DNA of 64,000 nucleotides from an uncultured Alphaproteobacteria bacterium (GCA_947259105.1 CAMYKU010000005.1:9530-73529), one strand, 5' to 3'; counted from the first letter of the stretch, positions 18,328 to 27,872 are shown. Notes: generated from the letters alone by a model not told the origin. Numbers and translations: made by a program.

Positions 18328-19056
18328 ATGCAGGATCGATCGACAACCCCCCTACAGGGCCAGCTGCCCATCGTCGCGCTGTCCGGGCTGGAACTGACCC
18401 TTTCCAGCGCCGCCGGGGCAGTCGAGATCCTGCGCGGAATCGATCTGGAGATCGGGCCGGGCGAGCAGGTCGCCCTGGTGGGCGCGTCGGGGGCGGGGAA
18501 ATCCTCGATGATGATGATCATCGGCGGCCTGGAGCGGGCCTCCGCCGGCTCGGTCCGGGTTGCGGAGTATGACCTGACCGGCATGAGCGAGGACGAACTC
18601 GCCCTGTTCCGCCGCGAGAACGTCGGCATCGTCTTCCAGTCGTTCCACCTGATACCGACGATGACCGCGCTGGAGAACGTGGCGATACCGCTTGAATTCG
18701 CCGGCCATGCCGATGCATTCGCGCTGGCCGCGGCCGAGCTCGCGGCGGTCGGGCTGGGCCACCGCACGGGGCATTATCCGGGTCAGCTTTCCGGCGGCGA
18801 ACAGCAGCGCGTGGCGCTGGCCCGCGCCTTCGTGACCGAGCCGCGACTGCTGCTTGCGGACGAGCCGACCGGCAATCTGGACGGCGACACCGGCGAACAG
18901 ATCATCGACCTGATGTTCGGCCTGTCCGAGCAAAAGGGTACGACGTTGTTGCTGATTACGCACGACCCTGCTTTGGCGTCCCGCTGCGCCCGCGAACTGC
19001 GCATTGCCGACGGCCGGATCGTCGGCGACGTGACGCGCGCGGTCGCGGAACGATGA
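18328..19056 (+). CDS. ABC transporter ATP-binding protein (YbbA-like)
   Basis: GASGAGKS, LSGGEQQRVA, LLADEPTGNLD and ITHD. Confidence 0.93.
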   Translation: MQDRSTTPLQGQLPIVALSGLELTLSSAAGAVEILRGIDLEIGPGEQVALVGASGAGKSSMMMIIGGLERASAGSVRVAEYDLTGMSEDELALFRRENVGIVFQSFHLIPTMTALENVAIPLEFAGHADAFALAAAELAAVGLGHRTGHYPGQLSGGEQQRVALARAFVTEPRLLLADEPTGNLDGDTGEQIIDLMFGLSEQKGTTLLLITHDPALASRCARELRIADGRIVGDVTRAVAER

Positions 19057-21611
19057 CTCTGTCCGCCGGCACACGGCCGCCGTTCTTTCTGACCTGGCGG
19101 CTGGCGCGGCGCGAACTGCGCGGCGGCCTTCACAGCCGGTTTCGGGGATTCCGGATCTTCCTGTCATGCCTGGCGCTGGGCACGGCGGCGATCGCCGCGG
19201 TCGGGTCGGTCTCGTCCTCGATCGGGGCGGGGCTTCAAGGCGACGCGCGGCTGCTTCTTGGCGGCGACATCGAGCTGCGCATCCATCACCGTCCGGCGAC
19301 ACCGGAGCAGCGCGCGTGGCTGGCCTCGTCCGGGCGCCTTTCGGAGATCGTGGGGCTCCGCGCCATGGCCAGCCGGATCGACGGGACCGACCGCCGCCTG
19401 GTCGAGCTGAAGGCGGTCGACGACGCCTATCCGCTGGTCGGAGCCGTCGCGCTGCAGGGCGGCCAGTCGCTGGCGGATGCGCTGGCGCCGCGCGACGGCG
19501 CGCGCGGCCTGGTCGCGGTGGACTCGCTGCTGAACCGGCTGGACCTGGCGGTCGGCGACCGGGTGACGGTTGGCGATGCGACGTTCCGCGTCACCGGTGT
19601 GCTGGTCGGCGAGCCCGACCGCGCAACCCGCGGCATCCAGCTGGGGCCACGGGTGATCGTCTCCCGGGCGGCGCTCGATGCGACGCAGCTGCTGAAGCCG
19701 GGGGCACTGTCCGAGTATTATTACCGCGTTCTCCTGCCGGCGGGAACGCAGAGTGGAGACTTCCGAGCCCGCCTCGCCCAGGCGTTTCCCGACGCACCCT
19801 GGCGGGTGCGCGGACCGGCCGAGGCCGCCCCGGGCCTGACGCGCTTTATCGAGCGTCTTACACTGTTCCTGACCCTGGTCGGGCTGTCGGCGCTGCTGAT
19901 CGGCGGGATCGGTGTCGGCAACGCGGTGCATGCGTTCCTCACCCAGCGGCGGCCGACCATCGCCACGCTGAAATGCCTCGGCGCGCCGGCCGGGCTGGTG
20001 CTGCGCATGTACCTTGCGCAGATCGTGCTGCTGGCGGCACTGGGAATCGCGCTCGGCCTTGCGCTCGGCGCGTTGTCGCCACTGGCCGCCGCGCCGCTGG
20101 TTGCGGACTTGCTGCCGGTCGGCCTGAAAGCCGGGATTTATCCGCGGCCGCTTGCCCTGGCCGCGGTGTTCGGCCTGCTTACGACCCTGGTGTTTTCCCT
20201 CGGACCGCTGATGCTGGCGCGTGACGTGCCGGCGGCAGCACTGTTCCGGCAGGCCGTGGCCCCGGCGCGGCGACGGCTGCGGATCCGCCATGTTGCGGTC
20301 ATGGGGACGCTCGTCCTGGGCCTTGCCACGCTGACCGTGCTGAGCGCCGCGAACAAACCGCTGGCGATCTGGTTCGTCGGCGGTGCGATGGCCACGTTCG
20401 CGGTCTTCCGGCTGGCCGGCTTCGGGGTGACACGACTGGCCGCCTGGTGGCCGCATCCGCGGCATCCGCAGATCCGGCTGGCGCTCGCGAACCTGCACCG
20501 GCCGGGTGCGCCGACCAACAGCGTGGTGTTGTCGCTGGGCATGGGGATCACGGTCCTGGTTGCGATCATGATGATCGAGCGGAACCTGGGCGAACGCATT
20601 GCGGAGGTCGTCGAGGAGCAGGCGCCCGCCTTTTTCTTCATCGACATCCAGCCGCAGCAGACCGACGATTTCGACGCCCTGGTCAAGTCGTTTCCCGGGG
20701 CCGGCGCGGTGCGGCAGGTACCGATGCTGCGCGGCCGCATCACCGCGATGGCCGGCGTGCCGGTATCGGAAATCGCGCCGCCGCCGCACCACGCCTGGGT
20801 CACGCGCGGCGACCGGGGGCTGACCTGGGCGCGCACGCCGCCGGAAAGCGGCAGCCGCATCGTCGAGGGCGAATGGTGGCCTGCGGATTACGACGGACCG
20901 CCGCTCATCTCGTTCGACGCCGAAGCGGCGAAGGCCTACCGGCTCAAGATCGGCGACGAGGTCGCGTTCAACATTCTGGGCCGGCAGTTCGTCGCGACGA
21001 TCGCCAATCTGCGCCGTATCGACTGGGCCTCGCTCGGCATGAATTTCGTCGTGATCTTCTCGCCCGGGGCGCTGGAACGCGCACCGCAGGTCAGCATCGC
21101 CACCGTGCAGATCGACATCGACTCCGAGGACGCGCTGGAAGCGGCAGTCAATACGCAATTCCCGAATATATCGGCGATCCGGGTGCGCGACGTGCTGGCG
21201 GACGTCAGCCGGATCATGGAATCGATCGACATCGCGATGAAGGTGGTCGCGGCGGTGGCGATCATTGCCGGCGTGCTGGTCCTGTCCGGCGCGGTCGCCG
21301 CAGGCCGGCGCCAGCGCATCTACGACGCCGTCGTGCTGAAGACCCTGGGTGCGACCCGGCGCAACGTACTGACCGCCTATCTCATCGAGTTCACCCTGCT
21401 CGGCCTGGTGACCGCCGCCATCGCCGCCGCCGCGGGCAGCCTGGCCGCATGGGCCGTGACCACGGGCCTGATGCATATCGACTGGGCCTTCACCCCTGGC
21501 GCGATGATCTGGACCACGCTGGTCTGCGTCGGCGCGACGCTGTTCTTCGGCGCCATCGGCGCCTGGCGCGCGCTCGGCAGGAAAGCCGCGCCGCTGCTGC
21601 GCAACGAGTGA
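19053..21611 (+). CDS. ABC transporter permease, FtsX/MacB type (YbbP-like)
   Basis: Two FtsX-like TM blocks, LLGGD, ELKAVDDAYPLVG, IATLKCLGA, PAFFFIDIQ and VLKTLGA. ATGA overlap with the ATPase gene. Confidence 0.92.
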   Translation: MTLSAGTRPPFFLTWRLARRELRGGLHSRFRGFRIFLSCLALGTAAIAAVGSVSSSIGAGLQGDARLLLGGDIELRIHHRPATPEQRAWLASSGRLSEIVGLRAMASRIDGTDRRLVELKAVDDAYPLVGAVALQGGQSLADALAPRDGARGLVAVDSLLNRLDLAVGDRVTVGDATFRVTGVLVGEPDRATRGIQLGPRVIVSRAALDATQLLKPGALSEYYYRVLLPAGTQSGDFRARLAQAFPDAPWRVRGPAEAAPGLTRFIERLTLFLTLVGLSALLIGGIGVGNAVHAFLTQRRPTIATLKCLGAPAGLVLRMYLAQIVLLAALGIALGLALGALSPLAAAPLVADLLPVGLKAGIYPRPLALAAVFGLLTTLVFSLGPLMLARDVPAAALFRQAVAPARRRLRIRHVAVMGTLVLGLATLTVLSAANKPLAIWFVGGAMATFAVFRLAGFGVTRLAAWWPHPRHPQIRLALANLHRPGAPTNSVVLSLGMGITVLVAIMMIERNLGERIAEVVEEQAPAFFFIDIQPQQTDDFDALVKSFPGAGAVRQVPMLRGRITAMAGVPVSEIAPPPHHAWVTRGDRGLTWARTPPESGSRIVEGEWWPADYDGPPLISFDAEAAKAYRLKIGDEVAFNILGRQFVATIANLRRIDWASLGMNFVVIFSPGALERAPQVSIATVQIDIDSEDALEAAVNTQFPNISAIRVRDVLADVSRIMESIDIAMKVVAAVAIIAGVLVLSGAVAAGRRQRIYDAVVLKTLGATRRNVLTAYLIEFTLLGLVTAAIAAAAGSLAAWAVTTGLMHIDWAFTPGAMIWTTLVCVGATLFFGAIGAWRALGRKAAPLLRNE

Positions 21612-21615
21612 GCCG

Positions 21616-22395
21616 TTAGCTGGTCAGTGACTCGGTGTGGCCGTCGACGGCAAGCGCCTGGCCGGAGATTTTCGCGCCGGCGGCGGAACACACGAACAGC
21701 GCCATGCCGGCAATGTCCCGCATGTCCACGAACGTGCGCATCGACGCCTGGGCGACGTAGGCTGCCCGCACGTCCGCCGGGTCGAGCCCCCTTGCCGCCG
21801 CGTCCGCCGCGATGACCCGGTCCATCCGCGGGCCGGCGACGCTTCCCGGGCAGATCGCGTTGACGCGGATGCCGTACGGGCCGAGCTCCATGGCGAGTGT
21901 CTTGGTCAGGCCGATCAAGCCCCACTTGGCCGCGGCGTAGGGACTGCGGTTGGGGAAGCCGAACAGCCCGGCGGTCGACGAGATGTTGACGATCGAACCG
22001 CCGCCGGCTCCTTTCAGCAGGGGAATCGCACGCCGGGCGCAGTGGAACGCCCCGTCCAGGTCGACGGCGATGGTGCGGCGCCAGTCCTCGGGCGCGATCT
22101 CCTCGGCCGGCGCCGTGGGACCGGCGATCCCGGCGTTGTTGACCAGGATGTCGAGCCCGCCGAGCGAGTCCCGCGCCGCGTCGAACAGGCGGTCAACCGC
22201 GTCGGCATCGGCAACGTCGGCGAGCGTCCCGCCGAGGCCCGGCAGCGAATCTTTCGCCGCCGAAAGCCTCGCTTCGTCCGAATCGCAGATATGGACGCGG
22301 GCGCCCGCTGCCATGAAGGTCTCCACGATCGCCCGGCCGATGCCGCCGGCCCCGGCGGTCACCACCGCGCGCTGGCCCTCAAGCCCAGTTTCCAA
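21616..22395 (-). CDS. Short-chain dehydrogenase/reductase
   Basis: TAGAGGIG, LVNNAG, YAAAK and VNAICPG. Confidence 0.92.
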   Translation of the reverse strand: METGLEGQRAVVTAGAGGIGRAIVETFMAAGARVHICDSDEARLSAAKDSLPGLGGTLADVADADAVDRLFDAARDSLGGLDILVNNAGIAGPTAPAEEIAPEDWRRTIAVDLDGAFHCARRAIPLLKGAGGGSIVNISSTAGLFGFPNRSPYAAAKWGLIGLTKTLAMELGPYGIRVNAICPGSVAGPRMDRVIAADAAARGLDPADVRAAYVAQASMRTFVDMRDIAGMALFVCSAAGAKISGQALAVDGHTESLTS

Positions 22396-22531
22396 ACCGT
22401 TCTCCTTCTTGAAACGCGTCGAAAATGCCGTAAATCGGCACCGGTTGTTGTTGATTCATTAACGTGATATGCCAATATTAGATCAGTCGTAACAACTGCT
22501 TTTCCGTAGTTGGCATAGAGAGAGAGGAAAA

Positions 22532-23248
22532 ATGGCACTCGATCCGCGCACACAGGTTGTGACACCGGTCGGAGCACGGGCAGGCGAAATCGACGAGGGC
22601 CTGCGTTCGCACATGCTTCGCGTGTACAACTACATGTCGCTGGGCCTCGCGGTCACGGGGCTTGTCGCCTACTTTACGTCCCAGTCAACGACCATGCTTA
22701 ACGCGATTTATGGCACGCCCCTGCAGTGGGTGGTGATGCTGGCGCCGCTGGGCATGGTGTTCTTCATGAGTTTCCGCATCAACAAGATCAGCGCCGCCGG
22801 CGCGCAGCTTGCGTTCTGGATCTTCAGCGGGCTGATGGGGCTGTCGCTGGCATATATCTTCCTGGTGTATACCGGCGCGTCGATTACCCGCGTGTTCCTG
22901 ATCACGACGGCGACCTTCGCGGGGATGAGCCTGTACGGCTACACCACGAAGCGCGACCTTACGGGCATCGGCTCTTTCCTGATCATGGGGCTGATCGGTC
23001 TGATTGTCGCCATGGTCGTCAACATCTTCCTGCAGAGCGCCGCTTTCGATTGGGCATTGTCCGTCGTCGGCGTGCTGATTTTCGTCGGCCTGACCGCTTA
23101 CGATACGCAGAAGATTCGCAGGATGTACTACGAGGCAGATGGCCAGGACGTCATCACTAAAAAGGCGATCATGGGCGCGCTGACGCTCTATCTGGACTTC
23201 ATCAACCTGTTCCTGTTCATGCTGCGGCTGTTCGGCAACCGCAACTGA
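22532..23248 (+). CDS. Bax inhibitor-1/YccA family membrane protein
   Basis: IDEGLRSHMLRVYNYM, YGYTTKRDL, TAYDTQKI and GALTLYLDFINLF. Confidence 0.95.
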   Translation: MALDPRTQVVTPVGARAGEIDEGLRSHMLRVYNYMSLGLAVTGLVAYFTSQSTTMLNAIYGTPLQWVVMLAPLGMVFFMSFRINKISAAGAQLAFWIFSGLMGLSLAYIFLVYTGASITRVFLITTATFAGMSLYGYTTKRDLTGIGSFLIMGLIGLIVAMVVNIFLQSAAFDWALSVVGVLIFVGLTAYDTQKIRRMYYEADGQDVITKKAIMGALTLYLDFINLFLFMLRLFGNRN

Positions 23249-23277
23249 CCGGCAACGCCGTACAGGCGTTCGAATCC

Positions 23278-23313
23278 AAACCGCCCGAAGGAAACTTCGG
23301 GCGGTTTCTTCTT
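23278..23313. terminator. Intrinsic, probably bidirectional terminator
   Basis: AAACCGCCCGAAG-GAAA-CTTCGGGCGGTTT forms a perfect 13-bp stem followed by CTTCTT. It lies between convergent genes. Confidence 0.85.
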
Positions 23314-23342
23314 GTGCCGCAAGGTACGCGGGCGCCGTCGGT

Positions 23343-23543
23343 TCAGACTTCGAAGTCGTTACAGGCGTCTATGTAGCTCTGGATTTTGGCTTTCCATTCA
23401 GGCGTGGAGAGATCCTCGCCCTGCCCGCACATCGAACAGACATACTCGGCATTGTCGACCAGCCAGGAGACCGGCTTTTTCACCTTGTGGCCGCACTGGC
23501 CACAAACGATCTCCGCTTCGACCTGATCCATCAACTTATCCAT
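23343..23543 (-). CDS. Small zinc-ribbon-like protein (CxxC...CxxC)
   Basis: 66 aa with CGQC and CSMC. GAGGAGG upstream. It ends at the terminator. Confidence 0.7.
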   Translation of the reverse strand: MDKLMDQVEAEIVCGQCGHKVKKPVSWLVDNAEYVCSMCGQGEDLSTPEWKAKIQSYIDACNDFEV

Positions 23544-23591
23544 CGGGTGAGTTTGCCCCTCCTCAGCCTGCATGTAAAGTTAATGGTCGCT

Positions 23592-24338
23592 TCAAATGCA
23601 GCGGCCGCCGTCGACCTCAAGGCATACGCCGGTCAGGAACTGCGCCTCGTCGGAGCACAGGAACAGCGCCGAATCCGCGACGTCCCGCGGGGTGCTGAAA
23701 CGGCCAAGCGGGATCGTGGAGACGAACTCCCGGCGGCGCTCCGGCGTATCCGCACCCATGAAAAGGTGCAGCATGCCCGTCTCGCCCGCCACCGGATTGA
23801 GCGCGCAGACGCGAATTGAATCGGGCGCAAGCTCCACCGCCATCGATTTGGTGATCGTGATCACGGCGCCCTTCGAACCGTTATACCAGACCAGACCGGG
23901 ACGCGGGCGCACGCCGGCCGTCGATGCGATGTTCAGGATCACCCCGCCGCCGCGTTCACGAAACACAGGAACGGCGCTCTTCGCCCCAAAATAAAGCGAT
24001 TTCACATTCACCGCGTGGATACGGTCGATTTCCTCTTCCGTCACATCCAGCATCGGGCCGTTGCGATGTGTGAAGCCGGCATTGTTGACGAGAATGTCGA
24101 GCCCGCCAAAGGAGTCCAGCGCCGCCGCAACCATGCCGGCCATTTCGTCGCCACGGCTTACGTCCGTGTGAACGAACCGGCCCGCTGCGCCCAACGAGTC
24201 GGCGACGGCCTGGCCGTTTGAATCGTCGATATCGGCGACGATCACCTTCGCACCTTCATCGACGAACCTGCGGGCGATGCCCTCGCCGAATCCGGACCCG
24301 GCGCCCGTTACGGCTGCAACCTTTCCGTTAAGACGCAC
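23592..24338 (-). CDS. Short-chain dehydrogenase/reductase (FabG-like)
   Basis: TGAGSGFG, LVNNAG, RPRPGLVWYNGSK and EVDGGRCI. Confidence 0.92.
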   Translation of the reverse strand: MRLNGKVAAVTGAGSGFGEGIARRFVDEGAKVIVADIDDSNGQAVADSLGAAGRFVHTDVSRGDEMAGMVAAALDSFGGLDILVNNAGFTHRNGPMLDVTEEEIDRIHAVNVKSLYFGAKSAVPVFRERGGGVILNIASTAGVRPRPGLVWYNGSKGAVITITKSMAVELAPDSIRVCALNPVAGETGMLHLFMGADTPERRREFVSTIPLGRFSTPRDVADSALFLCSDEAQFLTGVCLEVDGGRCI

Positions 24339-24423
24339 TGTCGCACCCCCCTATGAATTGAGTCGCATTCAAGATAATTTCCTCCTCCCCGGTTGGAAAA
24401 CAAGTCGCCGCAACGTATTATAA

Positions 24424-24436
24424 TCGCATATTGCAT
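24424..24436. promoter_or_regulatory. Candidate LuxO-type binding site
   Basis: TCGCATATTGCAT matches 11 of 13 positions of the Vibrio LuxO consensus TTGCA-W3-TGCAA. About 160 bp upstream of the luxO-like gene. Confidence 0.45.
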
Positions 24437-24594
24437 TCGCCGGGACACGCTGCCGAACAAAAAGGCCTGAACACGCACCACCTGTATCTGGTATCTTCGC
24501 GATGGGATTTATACAGTTATGGCAGTGGGATTTTTTGGGCCGTTGTTCGTATTCCTGGCGTGGCGGTTCGAGTTCGGGAAGTAAAGGTTAAAGG

Positions 24595-26022
24595 ATGAGT
24601 AGCGGTACCATATTACTGGTCGAAGACACGCCCTCGCTGGCGCGCCTGTACCAACAGTACCTCGACGGCGAAGACGCGGACGTGATTGCGGTTGGCACCG
24701 GGAAGGAGGCGCTGAAAGCGTTGAGCGGGGAAGCGCCGTCGGTGGTGCTGCTCGACCTCAGGCTGCCGGACATGGACGGGCTGGACATCCTGAAGGAAAT
24801 GCAGGCGCGCGAGTTGCCGAGCGAAGTGGTGGTGATTACGGCGCACGGCTCGATCAACGTCGCGGTCGAGGCCATGCGTGCGGGCGCATACGATTTCCTG
24901 GTCAAGCCGTTCAACGCGGAACGGCTGCTCGTTACCGTGCGCAACGCCCTGAAACACGGGTCGCTGTCGGCGATCGTCAAGAAAATCACCGATGTCTCGC
25001 GCGACAGCTATTTCGGGTTCATCGGCTCGTCGCTGGCGATGCAGGCGGTGTACCGCACCGTCGATGCCGCGGCGACATCGAAAGCGACGGTGTTCATCAC
25101 CGGCGAATCGGGCACCGGCAAGGAAGTGGCGGCCGAGGCAATTCACAGGCAGAGCCCCCGCAAGAACGGGCCCTTCGTTGCGATCAATTGCGGCGCAATC
25201 CCCAAGGATTTGATGGAATCAGAGATCTTCGGCCATGTGAAAGGCGCCTTTACCGGCGCGCATGTGGAACGCGACGGCGCGGCGTCCCGGGCCTCCGGCG
25301 GCACTCTGTTTCTGGATGAAATCTGCGAGATGGACCTGGCCCTGCAGACCAAATTGCTGCGATTCATCCAGACCGGCACCTTCCAGAAGGTCGGCGGCTC
25401 GAAGACCGAGAAGGTCGATGTGCGTTTCGTCTGCGCCACCAACCGGGACCCGCTGGCCGAGGTCGAGGCCGGGAATTTCCGTGAGGATCTGTATTACCGG
25501 CTGCATGTCATCCCGCTGCACCTTCCGGCACTGCACGACCGCAACGGCGACGTTATCGAGATCGCGCGGCATTTCCTCGCTGCGTACGCAGCGGAGGAAG
25601 GCAAGCTGTTCGCCAGCTTCAGCCCGGAGGCGGAGCAGATCATCGGGCAATTCAGTTGGCCGGGCAACATCCGGCAGGTCCAGAACGTTATCCGGAACGT
25701 CGTGGTGCTGAACGACGGCGACGTCGTCACGGCCGATATGCTGCCGCCGCCGTTGAACCAGCCGGCATCGGCCGCCAAGCCCGGGTCGACTGCCGAGCGG
25801 CAACCCGAACAGCCCGAGGACGCGGAAAGGGGCGCCGGCACAGCCGTGGCCGGCGGCGACGGCGACATCGTACCGTTGTGGAAGGTGGAGAAGGATGTGA
25901 TCGAGCGCGCCATCGAGAGCTGTGACGGAAATATCCCGAAAGCGGCGGCCAAGCTGGGGATTTCGCCTTCGACCATTTACCGCAAAAAGTTGAGCTGGGA
26001 CGCCGAGGACGTCGGGTCTTAA
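24595..26022 (+). CDS. luxO: Sigma54-dependent response regulator, LuxO-like (REC-AAA+-HTH)
   Basis: VEDTPSLA, LLDLRLPDM, GFIGSS, GESGTGKE, FGHVKGAFTGA, LFLDEICEMDL, LLRFIQTGTFQKVG, MLPPPLNQP and GNIPKAA..ISPSTIYRK. These closely follow the Vibrio LuxO sequence as I recall it. Confidence 0.8.
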   Translation: MSSGTILLVEDTPSLARLYQQYLDGEDADVIAVGTGKEALKALSGEAPSVVLLDLRLPDMDGLDILKEMQARELPSEVVVITAHGSINVAVEAMRAGAYDFLVKPFNAERLLVTVRNALKHGSLSAIVKKITDVSRDSYFGFIGSSLAMQAVYRTVDAAATSKATVFITGESGTGKEVAAEAIHRQSPRKNGPFVAINCGAIPKDLMESEIFGHVKGAFTGAHVERDGAASRASGGTLFLDEICEMDLALQTKLLRFIQTGTFQKVGGSKTEKVDVRFVCATNRDPLAEVEAGNFREDLYYRLHVIPLHLPALHDRNGDVIEIARHFLAAYAAEEGKLFASFSPEAEQIIGQFSWPGNIRQVQNVIRNVVVLNDGDVVTADMLPPPLNQPASAAKPGSTAERQPEQPEDAERGAGTAVAGGDGDIVPLWKVEKDVIERAIESCDGNIPKAAAKLGISPSTIYRKKLSWDAEDVGS

Positions 26023-26033
26023 CGGATGACGCT

Positions 26034-27872
26034 CTACTCCGGCGGCGGGTAACCGGCGCGAGCGAATTCGCGCCAACTCTCTGCCACCAGGCCGGGCATC
26101 CCGTTCAGGAGGTCGGACGCCAGGCTCGCATCGTTCCCGGTCGCTGCCGCTTCAAGCCGTTCCACCAGCATTTGCAGACGCAGCGCACCGAATGTCCCGG
26201 AACTGCTCTTCATCGCATGCGCTTCGGCAGCGATCGAATCCAGGTCCCCGGCTTGCATGGCCGCCTGCATGCGCAGCAGGCGCTCGTCGGTCTCGGTCAT
26301 GAACGATGCGATCAACTCGCGTACCAGTACCGGACCCGCGTCGTCTCGCAACTGTTCCAGGGTCGCGTTGTCGGCCAGGGTGGCATCGGCCGCACCGGCC
26401 TCGGTGCCTTCCGGCACGCTGTCGCCGTCATCGGCGCCGTCGGCACCGGGCGGACCGACCAGGCGGTGCAACACCGAAGACAGAACGCGCCGATCGACGG
26501 GCTTGGAGACGTGATCATCCATTCCTGACTCGAGGCAAAGCTGCCGATCTTCGGGATTGACGTGCGCCGTCATGGCCACGATGGGGACCGAACGGCCGGG
26601 TTCGGCAAGGCTCCGTATCTTCGCGGTTGCTTCGAAGCCATCCATCCCGGGCATCCTGATATCCATCAGTACCAGCCCGTACGTTCCTTCCCGCACAGCG
26701 TCGACGGCCTGTTGCCCATTCTCCACCGCATCGCATTCATACCCCATCTTCTTGAGGATCGTGACCCCGAGCAGCCGATTGGTCTGACTGTCATCCACCA
26801 GCAATATGCGTTGACTTCGCGCATCGGACGGATCGATCACGCGCGCCGACGTGGCGGGCGCCGCGACCGCCGTCACTTCCGCTGGCACCGCGTCGAAGAC
26901 GCCGACGCCGCAGTAACCCAGAAACACGCCGTCGTCGCCGATCCGGGGCACGCCACTCAGGCGCACGCCACGAGTCCGTTCGCCGTCCTGCAGAATCAGG
27001 CCGACCTGGTTCAGCCTGCGATGCTCTTGCATGTCCTCGATGCATTTCGACAGGGCGGAGTCATCGGCGGCCGCGGCCGGCAACCCCAATTCCGCAAGAC
27101 CACGGCCAATCATCCAGCGAAGCTCATCGCGGTTCAACTCGCTGCGGACAGGAATGGCGCGCGAAATTCGGTGCAGCACATCTGTTTCCCAAATCCACGC
27201 GCCGGCGGCGGAGATGGTCAGGCGCAGTTTTTCCCGTTCGGCACGCGCTTCCGACGTGCGTGTGCGCTCCTCAGTTATATCGCTGACGCTAACGAGGACC
27301 CCGCCGCCATCCAGCCTCGACTCGTCGAACCGCACCCACGTTCCGCCGTCAAGTTGTCGCTCGCCGGCAAGACTGGCTCCGGGGCCGCCGGGCGCCCGCC
27401 TGCCCGAGATCCGAAGCACGGTGTCGCCGTACAAGCTGCCAACCAATGCGAGTCCCTCCATGTCCGCAAATAGCCTGCGCCACGGCTTGTTGCAGAACAC
27501 GAGCCGCCCGTCGGTGTCATACACGGCAAATCCCGTCGGAACCGTATCCAAGATGCCGCCCCAGCTCGCGGCCGGCGGGCCCAAGCCGTCGCTATCGGAG
27601 TGATCGCGCCTGGAAGGGCGTACTGCCACAAATGCAAGTCCGGCGCCGGCCAGTACCGTCGCACCGAGCCAGGGTGCCAGCACAAGCACGGACTCGCCGT
27701 CGGCCGCCATACCGGCGAGCCGGGCGACAAGCCCCGCCAGCGATGCAAGAAACAAAACCGCCAAACCGGTGAATGCTAGAACTCGCGATCTCAAACCCGA
27801 AACTTCCTCCGGCTGCTCAAAGGGCCCATGGCAGAGCCCGCCGCGTGAATGCTCTCCCCCAATTCGGGCCAC
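26034..27872 (-). CDS. Membrane-anchored PAS-PAS-REC-HPt phosphorelay protein with no histidine kinase core
   Basis: Two TM segments and PAS-like regions (GFAVYDTDGRLVFCN; WIWETD). REC: ILLVDD, LVLMDIRMPGMDG, AMTA, SKP. HPt: AHAMKSSSGTFGA. No H-, N- or G-box. Start uncertain. Confidence 0.85.
   Translation of the reverse strand: MARIGGEHSRGGLCHGPFEQPEEVSGLRSRVLAFTGLAVLFLASLAGLVARLAGMAADGESVLVLAPWLGATVLAGAGLAFVAVRPSRRDHSDSDGLGPPAASWGGILDTVPTGFAVYDTDGRLVFCNKPWRRLFADMEGLALVGSLYGDTVLRISGRRAPGGPGASLAGERQLDGGTWVRFDESRLDGGGVLVSVSDITEERTRTSEARAEREKLRLTISAAGAWIWETDVLHRISRAIPVRSELNRDELRWMIGRGLAELGLPAAAADDSALSKCIEDMQEHRRLNQVGLILQDGERTRGVRLSGVPRIGDDGVFLGYCGVGVFDAVPAEVTAVAAPATSARVIDPSDARSQRILLVDDSQTNRLLGVTILKKMGYECDAVENGQQAVDAVREGTYGLVLMDIRMPGMDGFEATAKIRSLAEPGRSVPIVAMTAHVNPEDRQLCLESGMDDHVSKPVDRRVLSSVLHRLVGPPGADGADDGDSVPEGTEAGAADATLADNATLEQLRDDAGPVLVRELIASFMTETDERLLRMQAAMQAGDLDSIAAEAHAMKSSSGTFGALRLQMLVERLEAAATGNDASLASDLLNGMPGLVAESWREFARAGYPPPE

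Noticed and set aside
23262-23280. GTTCGAATCC, a tRNA T-loop-like sequence
   Set aside because: No cloverleaf, acceptor stem or CCA. It simply precedes the terminator.
24339-24594. Qrr-like sRNA divergent from the luxO-like gene
   Set aside because: I found no GG-N10-GC promoter on either strand and no terminator. The gap leads directly into the SDR gene.
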